Sequence record: MK327936.1
Origin: Escherichia phage vB_EcoM_G2540
Strand: one strand, 5' to 3'
DNA length: 64,000 bases
Program-made: the position numbers and the translations under genes
Shown: piece by piece, positions 1 through 9,130 of the stretch
Numbering within the stretch: position 1 is the stretch's first letter
How the letters are laid out: each line of letters opens with the position of its first letter
Notes under the pieces: generated by a model
The model's input: the letters and a program-made list of their open reading frames with translations, nothing else
Databases searched by the model: none
Told to the model about the DNA's origin: nothing

Positions 1-2
1 CT

Positions 3-809
3 AGATTTCAGATTAATAAATGGCAAACCGCGGTTAAATCTCGTAAACTTAAAACTGGTATCACAGTTGAATTAGCGCAAGATTTAGAAGCAAATGGATT
101 CGATGCTCCTAATTTCTTGGAAGATTTGCTTGCAACTGAAATGGCAGATGAAATCAATAAAGACATTCTGCAGTCTTTGATTACAGTGTCAAAACGCTAT
201 AAAGTTACAGGAATTACTGATAGTGGATTCATCGATTTGAGTTATGCATCTGCTCCTGAAGCTGGTCGTTCATTATACCGAATGGTATGTGAAATGGTTT
301 CGCATATCCAAAAAGAATCAACTTATACAGCAACGTTCTGTGTTGCTTCAGCTCGTGCCGCTGCGATTCTTGCTGCATCAGGTTGGTTAAAACATAAACC
401 AGAAGATGATAAATATCTTTCACAAAATGCCTATGGGTTCTTAGCTAATGGTTTACCGCTTTATTGCGATACTAACAGCCCATTAGATTATGTAATCGTT
501 GGCGTAGTAGAAAATATCGGTGAAAAAGAAATTGTTGGATCAATTTTCTATGCTCCGTATACAGAAGGTCTCGACTTAGATGACCCTGAACATGTAGGTG
601 CATTTAAAGTTGTGGTTGATCCAGAAAGCTTACAACCGTCTATCGGTTTATTAGTTAGATATGCTTTATCTGCAAATCCTTACACCGTAGCAAAAGATGA
701 AAAAGAAGCAAGAATAATTGACGGTGGAGACATGGATAAAATGGCGGGTCGTTCAGATTTGTCTGTTTTATTAGGTGTTAAATTACCAAAAATTATTATT
801 GATGAATAA
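3..809 (+). CDS. 24: Head vertex protein gp24, C-terminal portion (5' end lies outside window)
   Basis: Frame is open from the window edge to the stop at 809 (ORF-track start at 117 is a TTG inside the same frame); capsid-family C-terminus; followed by hairpin terminator; sits upstream of rnlB as in T4. Confidence 0.55.
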   Translation, partial: RFQINKWQTAVKSRKLKTGITVELAQDLEANGFDAPNFLEDLLATEMADEINKDILQSLITVSKRYKVTGITDSGFIDLSYASAPEAGRSLYRMVCEMVSHIQKESTYTATFCVASARAAAILAASGWLKHKPEDDKYLSQNAYGFLANGLPLYCDTNSPLDYVIVGVVENIGEKEIVGSIFYAPYTEGLDLDDPEHVGAFKVVVDPESLQPSIGLLVRYALSANPYTVAKDEKEARIIDGGDMDKMAGRSDLSVLLGVKLPKIIIDE

Positions 810-810
810 A

Positions 811-838
811 GCAAAGGGACCGAAAGGTCCCTTTTTAT
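811..838. terminator. Rho-independent terminator shared by convergent genes 24 and rnlB
   Basis: GGGACC-GAAA-GGTCCC hairpin flanked by A-run upstream and TTTTTATTT downstream. Confidence 0.7.
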
Positions 839-1843
839 TTAGCTCACCAACTCAATCCAAGCTGGACGAAGTACATCTTGTACCATTTTAACTAATTCCT
901 TTTTAATCAAAGAAGGATTATCTGCTTGAGTTAGAGTAATACCTTCACGAGAAGTTTCTTCCAAAATATCTTGAACAGTTAGCCCCATCACCTTTCCAAA
1001 ATCTTTAGGACCAATTTCGCCAATTTTAGAAATAACGTTATTTACTCGGTTCAGTGTAACGTAACAAGCTAAAATTCCCACCAATTTGTTATCAGCTTCT
1101 GATAGCTCAACTTTAGCTTTAATAGGCTTATCAGACTTTTTCTTTTCACTAAATTTGGAATTCTTGCATTTAATTGCTACACGATTTCCATTACGAAGCC
1201 AAGAAGGATAACAAGGTTTCAATACATATCCTTCAGCGGTAAATACTTCGCCTTTTGCTTCGGCATTCCAAACGCATTTATTTGCATCAACTAATCCAGC
1301 ATGGTCTACTGTAAAATTATAATCTTGGACGACAGAATCTAAATCATTTGGCAATTTAATAAGCTCTTCAAATTTACCGCGACCTAAAAGTTGAGCCATT
1401 TTAAATTTAAATGTATTGCAGAATGATTCCATCATATAATCGTCGACATAAGTCACATCACCACTTTCTGTAGTGACAATAATGTCAAATACATAAAAAT
1501 CTTTATCGCCATAATCGACATTCTTCTGAATGCCAGGTCCAGCGAATTCGCCAAAGACTTGATAAGATACAACCGCTGAAGTTTCCATAATATCTTGCAC
1601 TGCTTTAATGGAATCAGCGTAATTCTTTAGAATAATTTCATACCCAAAGAAATCTTCAGCAGGAAGAATAGGACCAGTACGTTTAGCGCAAGTCACTTTA
1701 TCACGCTCAATAATCAACGAGAAATTTGTGCCGTGAATCTTTTCACGAGCTACCCATTCGCCGCCAGTCAATCCCAAGCTGTAAAGTTTTTCAATAAATT
1801 TAGAGTTGTAATGATTTTCAAGACTGCTATACTTTTTAAACAT
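839..1843 (-). CDS. rnlB: RNA ligase 2 (Rnl2)
   Basis: 334 aa, same length as T4 Rnl2; N-terminal nucleotidyltransferase lysine motif EKIHGTNF (KxHG); synteny after gene 24. Confidence 0.85.
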   Translation of the reverse strand: MFKKYSSLENHYNSKFIEKLYSLGLTGGEWVAREKIHGTNFSLIIERDKVTCAKRTGPILPAEDFFGYEIILKNYADSIKAVQDIMETSAVVSYQVFGEFAGPGIQKNVDYGDKDFYVFDIIVTTESGDVTYVDDYMMESFCNTFKFKMAQLLGRGKFEELIKLPNDLDSVVQDYNFTVDHAGLVDANKCVWNAEAKGEVFTAEGYVLKPCYPSWLRNGNRVAIKCKNSKFSEKKKSDKPIKAKVELSEADNKLVGILACYVTLNRVNNVISKIGEIGPKDFGKVMGLTVQDILEETSREGITLTQADNPSLIKKELVKMVQDVLRPAWIELVS

Positions 1844-1852
1844 AATTAATCC

Positions 1853-2131
1853 TCAAAATGTAATTTCTAACCAATCACCATCACGCTGATCACTATTGAC
1901 TTTAAAGCTAAATCCTTCTTTTCTAAGCCAATCACCAATTTCTTCAGTAATCAATTTATCGCGAGCAGTACAATAATAACTAAAATGTGTTTTACCTTGT
2001 TCAGCTGCTTTATTAGCAAGTTCCGAAAAATCTTTAATAAAACACTCTAGCTTAAACTGTTTACTTTTAAGTGCTTTTTCGCGTAATTGATTAGCAAAAG
2101 ATTCATTTTCATAAAGATCATACTGTTCCAT
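1853..2131 (-). CDS. Hypothetical protein (24.2-like position)
   Basis: 92-aa ORF tightly packed between rnlB and hoc on the coding strand. Confidence 0.45.
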   Translation of the reverse strand: MEQYDLYENESFANQLREKALKSKQFKLECFIKDFSELANKAAEQGKTHFSYYCTARDKLITEEIGDWLRKEGFSFKVNSDQRDGDWLEITF

Positions 2132-2333
2132 TTTTCACCTTTTTATTGATATGTCTTTTTCTATAGACAACTTTTTCTCGAGTTTCAAACTTATTCTTAG
2201 CAGTCATAGCTCGAGCCCATAATACAGCTACTTCTTTCGCCTGTAAGTTTAATTCACGAGCAATTTCAATGAATGACTTTCCAGACTCATGAAGAGTAAA
2301 CACCACAACCTCAGTTCTCATAATCAATCTCAT
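2118..2333 (-). CDS. Hypothetical protein (24.3-like position)
   Basis: 71-aa ORF, overlaps downstream ORF by 14 nt in typical T4 fashion. Confidence 0.4.
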   Translation of the reverse strand: MRLIMRTEVVVFTLHESGKSFIEIARELNLQAKEVAVLWARAMTAKNKFETREKVVYRKRHINKKVKNGTV

Positions 2334-2388
2334 GTTATCGAGTTGGTGCCATTATATACATCATTTTCTGAGTGTGTTTTGTGTGCTT

Positions 2389-2417
2389 TCAAAATGAAGA
2401 AAGGGGGCCGAAGCCCC
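2389..2417 (-). terminator. Rho-independent terminator downstream of hoc
   Basis: GGGGC-CGAA-GCCCC hairpin (2404-2417) followed on minus strand by T-rich tract. Confidence 0.6.
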
Positions 2418-2423
2418 TTATGA

Positions 2424-3842
2424 TTATGGATAGGTATAGATAATACCAGTTTCTAAAGCAGTTTTATGAATGATGTATCCATTACGTGATTCTTGGACAT
2501 CAACTTCTGGATAGTCTTTCATCATCTTCTGAAGAGTGTAACGATGCAGGTAGTATTTACTATCTGGATCTTCAGTTTTCCAATCTTTACCTTCTTCAGT
2601 CATTTTTTGGATTTCATCCATGACCCACCAACCGCACCAGATGTAAGCTGAGCTACGGTGTGGAAGAGGATGAACATAAGGTAATTCACCTTCTGGTTCT
2701 GGAGCAACTTTATCAGTCACTTGAACTTGACCTTCTGCCGTAATAGTTTTGCTATCATAATCAGCAGCAGTAACAGTCGCAGTAACTTCAATAGTTTGAC
2801 TTCCAATAGATGAGGTATCAACGGTATATACATTAGTTGACCCTTCTACAGGAGAAGAATCTTTCTTCCATGAATACTCAATTTGCGCTTCTTCTGGAGC
2901 ATCAGTAACATTAGCAGTAAATGTAGCCGAAGCATCTTGTTGAACGTTAATAGAAGGAGGAGTCAATGTAACCTGTGGATTCATTGTCTTCTTATTAACT
3001 GTTAATGATACTTCATTAGAAGTAACTTCCTTTTCATTGTAATTTTCAGCAGTTACTTGGGCTACGCATTTAATTCTTTTTACTCCACTTGTAGTTGGAG
3101 TATAGCTAAATGTAGAGTTAGTTTCTCCACCAACTTGTGAATCATCTACATACCACTGATACGTAGCAGATGCTCCATCAGGTTGAGAAACTAAAGTAGC
3201 GGTAAATTCAACAGCTGTTCCGATTACTCCAGCTGAAGGACTATCGGGAGTTACTGCCAAGGTAGTTGTCTGTGTCTTTTTATTAACAGTCAGTGACACT
3301 TCATTAGAAGTAACTTCTTTTGCATCATAATCTGTCGCGGTTACTTGAGCCACACACTTAATTGTTTTAACTCCGCTTGTGGTAGGAGTGTAATTGAATG
3401 TAGCAGAAGTTGCTTCGCCCACAGGAGAACCGTCAACGTGCCATTGATACGTAGCAGATGCACCTGGTGGCTGCGAAGCTAAAGCGGCAGTAAATTCAAT
3501 AGCTGTTCCGATTACTCCAGCGTCAGGGCTATTAGGAGTTACAGCTAAGGTGGTCGTTTGTGTCTTATTTTGAACTGTGATAGTTGTAGTAGCTTCTGCT
3601 GTTTCAGCTTCAGCTTCTGGAACTGTATTTGTTGCAACTACTTTAATAGTCTTTTGACCGGCAGGTCCTTTTAATACATAACTAAAAGTTGCTTCAGCTC
3701 CATCTTGTGGAACATCATCTACAGTCCAAGCATAGGTAATAGGTCCATCTCCAGTTTGACCACTGGGTGTAGCAGTAAACTGCTGAGTCTGATCTATAAC
3801 TCCAGTAGGTGTTTTAGGAGTTATATCAACTGTAAAAGCCAT
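2424..3842 (-). CDS. hoc: Highly immunogenic outer capsid protein Hoc, with four Ig-like domains
   Basis: 472 aa; repeated Ig-like modules (e.g. ...KTQTTTLAVTP...TSGVK.IKCVAQVTA...); conserved C-terminal capsid-binding region (EPEGELPYVHPLPHRSSAYIWCGWW); synteny. Confidence 0.85.
   Translation of the reverse strand: MAFTVDITPKTPTGVIDQTQQFTATPSGQTGDGPITYAWTVDDVPQDGAEATFSYVLKGPAGQKTIKVVATNTVPEAEAETAEATTTITVQNKTQTTTLAVTPNSPDAGVIGTAIEFTAALASQPPGASATYQWHVDGSPVGEATSATFNYTPTTSGVKTIKCVAQVTATDYDAKEVTSNEVSLTVNKKTQTTTLAVTPDSPSAGVIGTAVEFTATLVSQPDGASATYQWYVDDSQVGGETNSTFSYTPTTSGVKRIKCVAQVTAENYNEKEVTSNEVSLTVNKKTMNPQVTLTPPSINVQQDASATFTANVTDAPEEAQIEYSWKKDSSPVEGSTNVYTVDTSSIGSQTIEVTATVTAADYDSKTITAEGQVQVTDKVAPEPEGELPYVHPLPHRSSAYIWCGWWVMDEIQKMTEEGKDWKTEDPDSKYYLHRYTLQKMMKDYPEVDVQESRNGYIIHKTALETGIIYTYP
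2993..3565. repeat. Tandem direct repeat (2 x ~288 bp) inside hoc encoding two near-identical Ig-like domains
   Basis: Units ~2993-3277 and ~3278-3565 align base for base with high identity; protein units of 96 aa. Confidence 0.7.
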
Positions 3843-3851
3843 AAGTTATCC

Positions 3852-4532
3852 TTATTTTAATGTTACGAAAGAAGAATTGCGTGTTTCACGAATTAAAACT
3901 GATCCGTCGCGGTTAATGTAATAAATTAAGCTAAATAAAGTTTGGTGTGCTGACGCATGTTCAAAACTAGTTGGGTGAGATTTCCAATCCGGAGTTTCAG
4001 CAATCCATTGATAAATCCACCAAGGAACAGTACAGAATCCTGGATTTTTTCCAATCAGCTGAAGATTCGGACTAAAGTTTTCCGGAAGAGTAAATACAGA
4101 CGGCTTTTCAGATTCAACAATCTCAGCTACAGCCTGTTCGAATTTTTCTTCAACAAAAGGAGTATCTTCAATCAAAACTGAGGTATTTTCAGGAATTTTA
4201 TCCGTTTCTACTACTTCAATTTTAATGTCAGATTTAACCGGAGAATCAATCAGAAGTGCTGCTTCTGGATTGACTTCTTCATCGTCATATTTTAATCCCT
4301 CTGCGGCATCAGCAGCATCAATTAGGTCTTTAATAGATAACCCATCAGTCTCTGGCATAGGTTCACTAGCGAGCTTCTGGAGGGCTTCTTCAATATCAAC
4401 AACGATATTATCAAAAGATTTATTCTTTTTGACCTTTATACCAAACTGTTCAGCATATTCAGCTAATTTAGCTTTAGCTTCTTTGTTATCATCAAGAGCC
4501 TTCAGCTCTGCAATATAATCTTTATCTATCAT
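3852..4532 (-). CDS. inh: Inh-like protein (inhibitor of prohead protease), acidic
   Basis: 226 aa; position between hoc and uvsW as in T4; assignment by synteny and size only. Confidence 0.5.
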   Translation of the reverse strand: MIDKDYIAELKALDDNKEAKAKLAEYAEQFGIKVKKNKSFDNIVVDIEEALQKLASEPMPETDGLSIKDLIDAADAAEGLKYDDEEVNPEAALLIDSPVKSDIKIEVVETDKIPENTSVLIEDTPFVEEKFEQAVAEIVESEKPSVFTLPENFSPNLQLIGKNPGFCTVPWWIYQWIAETPDWKSHPTSFEHASAHQTLFSLIYYINRDGSVLIRETRNSSFVTLK

Positions 4533-4546
4533 AATATTTCCTCAGT

Positions 4547-4554
4547 ATAAATAT
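4547..4554 (+). promoter_or_regulatory. T4 late promoter (TATAAATA) for uvsW
   Basis: Exact TATAAATA 29 nt upstream of uvsW ATG. Confidence 0.6.
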
Positions 4555-4582
4555 AGATATATTTATTACATGGTATTTAGAC

Positions 4583-6094
4583 ATGACTGACATTAAAGTA
4601 CATTTTTATGATTTTAGTCACGTGAGAATTGACTGTGAAGAAAGTACATTTCATGAACTCCGTGATTTCTTTAGCTTTGAAGCTGATGGGTATCGTTTTA
4701 ATCCGAAATACAAATATGGCCACTGGGATGGACGAATCCGTCTTTTAGATTATAATCGTCTTCTTCCATTCGGCTTAGTCGGGCAAATTAAAAAGTTCTG
4801 TGATAACTTTGGCTATAAAGCCTGGATTGACCCACAAATTAACGAAAAAGAAGAATTATCAAGAAAAGATTTTGATGAATGGCTTTCTAAATTAGAAATC
4901 TATTCAGGAAATAAAAGAATTGAACCACACTGGTATCAAAAAGATGCAGTGTTCGAAGGATTAGTTAATCGTCGTAGAATTCTTAATCTTCCAACATCTG
5001 CAGGTAAATCTTTAATTCAAGCTTTGCTTGCGCGGTATTATTTGGAAAATTATGAAGGTAAAATTCTTATCATTGTTCCAACAACTGCTCTGACAACTCA
5101 GATGGCTGATGACTTCGTCGACTATCGTTTATTCAGCCATGCAATGATAAAGAAAATTGGTGGCGGAGCATCAAAAGATGATAAATATAAAAATGATGCA
5201 CCAGTCGTTGTTGGTACATGGCAAACTGTAGTTAAACAACCAAAAGAATGGTTCTCACAGTTTGGAATGATGATGAATGATGAATGCCATCTTGCTACAG
5301 GAAAAAGTATTTCATCTATCATATCAGGTTTAAATAACTGTATGTTTAAATTTGGTCTATCTGGTTCATTACGTGATGGCAAAGCCAATATCATGCAGTA
5401 TGTTGGAATGTTTGGTGAAATATTTAAGCCAGTAACGACTTCTAAGTTAATGGAAGATGGACAAGTAACTGAGCTAAAAATTAATAGTATTTTTCTTCGC
5501 TATCCCGATGAGTTCACTACTAAATTAAAGGGAAAAACTTATCAAGAAGAAATAAAAATTATTACTGGGCTTAGTAAAAGAAATAAATGGATCGCTAAAT
5601 TAGCTATTAAGCTTGCGCAAAAAGATGAAAACGCTTTTGTCATGTTTAAACATGTATCACATGGTAAAGCTATTTTCGATTTAATTAAAAATGAATACGA
5701 TAAAGTTTATTACGTATCAGGGGAAGTTGATACCGAAACCCGCAATATAATGAAAACCTTAGCTGAAAATGGTAAAGGAATAATTATAGTAGCTAGTTAT
5801 GGTGTATTTTCTACTGGTATTTCAGTTAAAAATCTGCATCATGTTGTTTTAGCGCACGGTGTTAAATCAAAAATCATTGTATTACAAACAATCGGTCGTG
5901 TATTACGTAAGCATGGTTCTAAGACAATAGCAACCGTCTGGGACCTCATAGATGATTGTGGCGTTAAGCCAAAATCTGCTAATACGAAAAAGAAATATGT
6001 TCATTTGAACTATCTTTTAAAACACGGCATTGATCGTATTCAGCGCTACGCAGATGAAAAATTTAATTACGTAATGAAAACAGTTAATTTATAA
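4583..6094 (+). CDS. uvsW: UvsW DNA/RNA helicase
   Basis: 503 aa; Walker A PTSAGKS and DExH box MNDECH; synteny. Confidence 0.9.
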   Translation: MTDIKVHFYDFSHVRIDCEESTFHELRDFFSFEADGYRFNPKYKYGHWDGRIRLLDYNRLLPFGLVGQIKKFCDNFGYKAWIDPQINEKEELSRKDFDEWLSKLEIYSGNKRIEPHWYQKDAVFEGLVNRRRILNLPTSAGKSLIQALLARYYLENYEGKILIIVPTTALTTQMADDFVDYRLFSHAMIKKIGGGASKDDKYKNDAPVVVGTWQTVVKQPKEWFSQFGMMMNDECHLATGKSISSIISGLNNCMFKFGLSGSLRDGKANIMQYVGMFGEIFKPVTTSKLMEDGQVTELKINSIFLRYPDEFTTKLKGKTYQEEIKIITGLSKRNKWIAKLAIKLAQKDENAFVMFKHVSHGKAIFDLIKNEYDKVYYVSGEVDTETRNIMKTLAENGKGIIIVASYGVFSTGISVKNLHHVVLAHGVKSKIIVLQTIGRVLRKHGSKTIATVWDLIDDCGVKPKSANTKKKYVHLNYLLKHGIDRIQRYADEKFNYVMKTVNL

Positions 6095-6119
6095 GGGCTT
6101 CGGCCCTTTGGAGAAAAAG

Positions 6120-6350
6120 ATGTTACTAGAATTTAAACAATTTCTTTATGAAGCTTCTATTGATGAATTTATGGGTAAAATTGCCTCTTGTCAAACATTA
6201 GAAGGTTTAGAAGAACTTGAAGCTTATTATAAGAAAAGAGTTAAAGAAACTGAATTAAAAGATACTGATGACATCTCTGTGAGAGATGCTTTGGCAGGAA
6301 AAAGAGCTGAATTAGAAGATTCAGATGATGAAGTAGAAGAAAGCTTTTAA
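6120..6350 (+). CDS. uvsW.1: UvsW.1 small acidic protein
   Basis: 76 aa from ATG at 6120 with GGAG SD 7 nt upstream (ORF-track start at 6108 is TTG); directly downstream of uvsW. Confidence 0.55.
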   Translation: MLLEFKQFLYEASIDEFMGKIASCQTLEGLEELEAYYKKRVKETELKDTDDISVRDALAGKRAELEDSDDEVEESF

Positions 6351-6365
6351 ATTAAAAAAGGCCCA

Positions 6366-6392
6366 ACCAAAAAGGAAGGGCCAAAACTATAG
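6366..6392 (-). terminator. Putative terminator downstream of uvsY.-2-like ORF
   Basis: GGCCC...GGGCC hairpin with long loop, followed on minus strand by TTTTTTAATTT. Confidence 0.4.
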
Positions 6393-6405
6393 ACTAAAGG
6401 TCACA

Positions 6406-6573
6406 CTATAGCAAAAGTTGTGTTTCATTTAATTGTTCTTCCGAACTTTCTGAAACTGGTAGTTCTTTAATGTAATTATAGCAAGGCCCAGGATGTACAG
6501 GACCTTTGTCTGTTTCAACAACCAATGCAGAATCGATTGGAGTTTTACAGACAACACAAATCTTATCTGACAT
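6406..6573 (-). CDS. Small Cys-containing protein (uvsY.-2-like), 55 aa
   Basis: ATG at 6573 with GAGGAG SD; MSDKICVVCKTP...; below ORF-track cutoff; own late promoter. Confidence 0.45.
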   Translation of the reverse strand: MSDKICVVCKTPIDSALVVETDKGPVHPGPCYNYIKELPVSESSEEQLNETQLLL

Positions 6574-6598
6574 GATTGTCTCCTCTGAATTATATATC

Positions 6599-6606
6599 TA
6601 TTTATA
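6599..6606 (-). promoter_or_regulatory. T4 late promoter (TATAAATA) for uvsY.-2-like ORF
   Basis: Reverse complement of 6599-6606 is TATAAATA, 26 nt upstream of the ATG at 6573. Confidence 0.5.
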
Positions 6607-6826
6607 CAACTCTCATATGCATATCAATGCCCATATCTTTAGAATAAAAATATTCATCAAGATATCCGGCAAATTTTCCTTTAATATAAAGGACATCTTC
6701 ACCACACGGGTGGTCGGCCAGGATACGAATATCCTGACGCTTAAGATTATGCTTTTTCATTAAGAATTGAATTTCCGTTTCAAATTCTTCTTCATAATTA
6801 AAAGCATCATCAATGCTATATCTCAT
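6602..6826 (-). CDS. Hypothetical protein (uvsY.-1-like)
   Basis: 74-aa ORF immediately downstream of uvsY, stop/start overlap. Confidence 0.5.
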   Translation of the reverse strand: MRYSIDDAFNYEEEFETEIQFLMKKHNLKRQDIRILADHPCGEDVLYIKGKFAGYLDEYFYSKDMGIDMHMRVV

Positions 6827-7239
6827 TATTTTCCAGCCTCAAAAGCCCGCATGTCTTGAATATGCTTAATAGCAAATCCGCGTGATTTGATAGCATCAAG
6901 AGCTCCGCTACAGAAATCTAATAAAATTCCCCAATATTGTAATGAAGTATCAACCTTTAAAACATCCTTATCAGCTGATAGAACTGTCTTCATTTCTGAT
7001 TTCTCGTAACGATCCATACTAAATTCATCACCATCTCCTCGTCCCGAGTAGTAGTCTAATTTAGCTTTAAGAGCAACTTTCTTTTGCGCGTCAATTCTAA
7101 GCATTTCCTTTTTAATACTTGAATGCTTATTAAGCCATTTACTATATAACATCACATTATTAGCTGCTTCATACTGTAATTTAGTCGAATCTATAAACAC
7201 ATCTTTCTTCAATTCTTCTTGAAGATCTTCTAATCTCAT
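6826..7239 (-). CDS. uvsY: UvsY recombination mediator
   Basis: 137 aa, same as T4 UvsY; preceded by canonical middle promoter; synteny. Confidence 0.9.
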   Translation of the reverse strand: MRLEDLQEELKKDVFIDSTKLQYEAANNVMLYSKWLNKHSSIKKEMLRIDAQKKVALKAKLDYYSGRGDGDEFSMDRYEKSEMKTVLSADKDVLKVDTSLQYWGILLDFCSGALDAIKSRGFAIKHIQDMRAFEAGK

Positions 7240-7279
7240 ATTGTTCTCTATTCAATTGTTATTGGATGGACTTAGATTC

Positions 7280-7307
7280 ATTATACCACGTTTTAACGTG
7301 AAGCATT
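7280..7307 (-). promoter_or_regulatory. MotA-dependent middle promoter for uvsY
   Basis: MotA box AATGCTTCA (rc of 7299-7307), 13 bp spacer, -10 TATAAT (rc of 7280-7285). Confidence 0.6.
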
Positions 7308-7704
7308 ATACTCTATTACTAGAAGCCAGTTGCAGTTTTATCTGCTCAATATCATCAGGGTTATCGATGACCGAAAAACGTATTTCTACTATCAGAGTAT
7401 AATCATCATAAACGGGTATCACATTAACTGCTAATTTATCAATACGTGGCTCATAGTTTCTTACTGCGCTTTCGATATTACGCTCAACTGTGTCAGCAGT
7501 AAGAGGAGTCATATTTTCAAAAAGCTGGTCTGATAAATCACATCCAAATTCAGGGTCAAACGGTCTTGAACCTTTTCTTGTTGTAATAATTCCCAAAAGA
7601 CTGTTTTTAATTGACCTTAATCCAAGTGATCTGGAAACGTCTTTGTTCCAATCCATTTTCATTTCCGGGTCAATGTCAGAATAAAGCTTATTAATATTTG
7701 ACAT
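7306..7704 (-). CDS. 25: Baseplate wedge protein gp25
   Basis: 132 aa as T4 gp25; synteny uvsY-25-26. Confidence 0.85.
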   Translation of the reverse strand: MSNINKLYSDIDPEMKMDWNKDVSRSLGLRSIKNSLLGIITTRKGSRPFDPEFGCDLSDQLFENMTPLTADTVERNIESAVRNYEPRIDKLAVNVIPVYDDYTLIVEIRFSVIDNPDDIEQIKLQLASSNRV

Positions 7705-8330
7705 TATAGTAACTCAAAGAACTCTTTGAGGCCTCTTATTACGTGAGCATGGGTTTTTCCACACTCTGGACACTTAATTGGAACAGCCAAATAAACAGTA
7801 GGCTTTAAAAGCATATCTTTTATAGCTACAATATCTGACTCTGTGATGATAGAATATAAATCTTCCAGTTCTTTTTCATTTAAGTCTTCAACTGGAATGC
7901 TTTCCCCGTTAGCATGAATCGTTTCTATACATGATACTATCATGTGGGCTATATTTTTATCATCAAAAATTTTAGGGTATCGGAATTTAATTTTAATGTC
8001 ACCCAGTGTATACCAGAGGTCTTCTGGTGCATCTATTTGTGTATGTAATAGATTTATATGGGTTGGTATTTCAGTTCCACAGGTGCACTTCCAGGAGTTT
8101 TCGTGATTAACTTCACCGAGAGAATGTGCCCATAAATGAATCAACAATAGTTCTGATTCTTGGCGGTTTAAATCTTTTGCATTTGTGCAGTCTTTGATTA
8201 GCTTTTTAACAATTACTTCTACGGAACCATTATTTTTGGCAGTAATAAGTTCTAGATATTCTTTAAGCGTGAATGCGCGACAATTGATTATTTTAGAACC
8301 AACTCTCACATCAAATTTGTATTCATACAT
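7704..8330 (-). CDS. 26: Baseplate hub protein gp26
   Basis: 208 aa as T4 gp26; divergent from gene 51. Confidence 0.8.
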   Translation of the reverse strand: MYEYKFDVRVGSKIINCRAFTLKEYLELITAKNNGSVEVIVKKLIKDCTNAKDLNRQESELLLIHLWAHSLGEVNHENSWKCTCGTEIPTHINLLHTQIDAPEDLWYTLGDIKIKFRYPKIFDDKNIAHMIVSCIETIHANGESIPVEDLNEKELEDLYSIITESDIVAIKDMLLKPTVYLAVPIKCPECGKTHAHVIRGLKEFFELL

Positions 8331-8351
8331 ATTTAGCTCCTTTATTTATCA

Positions 8352-8363
8352 TATTTATAAATA
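8352..8363. promoter_or_regulatory. Palindromic pair of overlapping late promoters (TATTTATAAATA) serving divergent genes 26 and 51
   Basis: TATAAATA reads on the plus strand at 8356-8363 and on the minus strand at 8352-8359. Confidence 0.6.
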
Positions 8364-8380
8364 GAATAAAAGGAGCATCT

Positions 8381-9130
8381 ATGGCAAACATTATTCGTTG
8401 TAAATTACCAGATGGTGTTCATCGTTTTAAACCATTTACGGTAGAAGATTATCGAGATTTTTTGTTAGTTCGAAACGATATAGAACATCGGTCACCGCAA
8501 GAACAAAAAGAAATAATTACTGATTTAATTGATGATTATTTTGGAGACTATCCGAAGACTTGGCAACCATTTATATTTTTGCAGGTATTTGTAGGGTCAA
8601 TAGGTAAAACAAAAGTACCGGTCACATTTGTATGTCCAAAATGTAAAAAAGAAAAGACAGTTCCATTTGAAATATATCAAAAAGAATTAAAGGAACCTGT
8701 TTTTGATGTAGCTAATGTTAAAATTAAATTAAAGTTTCCTTCTGAGTTTTATGAAAATAAAGCAAAGATGATTACTGAAAATATTCATTCTGTTCAAGTA
8801 GATGAAATATGGTATGATTGGAAGGAAATTAGTGAATCCAGTCAAATAGAACTTGTTGATGCCATCGAGATAGAAACATTAGAAAAAATTCTCGATGCAA
8901 TGAATCCTATTAATTTAACTCTACATATGTCATGCTGTAATAAGTACATTAAAAAATACACTGATATAGTAGACGTGTTTAAGCTATTAGTTAACCCAGA
9001 TGAGATATTTACTTTTTATCAAATTAATCACACACTCGTAAAAAGTAATTATAGCTTAAATTCAATAATGAAAATGATTCCTGCTGAGCGCGGATTCGTA
9101 TTAAAACTGATTGAGAAGGATAAACAATAA
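8381..9130 (+). CDS. 51: Baseplate hub assembly protein gp51
   Basis: 249 aa as T4 gp51; AAGGAG SD; first gene of the plus-strand hub operon. Confidence 0.8.
   Translation: MANIIRCKLPDGVHRFKPFTVEDYRDFLLVRNDIEHRSPQEQKEIITDLIDDYFGDYPKTWQPFIFLQVFVGSIGKTKVPVTFVCPKCKKEKTVPFEIYQKELKEPVFDVANVKIKLKFPSEFYENKAKMITENIHSVQVDEIWYDWKEISESSQIELVDAIEIETLEKILDAMNPINLTLHMSCCNKYIKKYTDIVDVFKLLVNPDEIFTFYQINHTLVKSNYSLNSIMKMIPAERGFVLKLIEKDKQ

Noticed and set aside
229-423. Minus-strand 64-aa ORF inside gene 24, and similar antisense ORFs throughout (e.g. 3957-4181, 4225-4518, 5122-5394, 9967-10161, 20485-20721, 41910-42314, 42354-42764, 63315-63635)
   Set aside because: They lie wholly within and antisense to long conserved genes, lack SD sequences and break the established strand-block organisation; treated as shadow ORFs
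6095-6108. AGGGC-TTCG-GCCCT hairpin after uvsW as a terminator
   Set aside because: No downstream T-run; it sits directly before the GGAG SD of uvsW.1, so more likely an intercistronic structure
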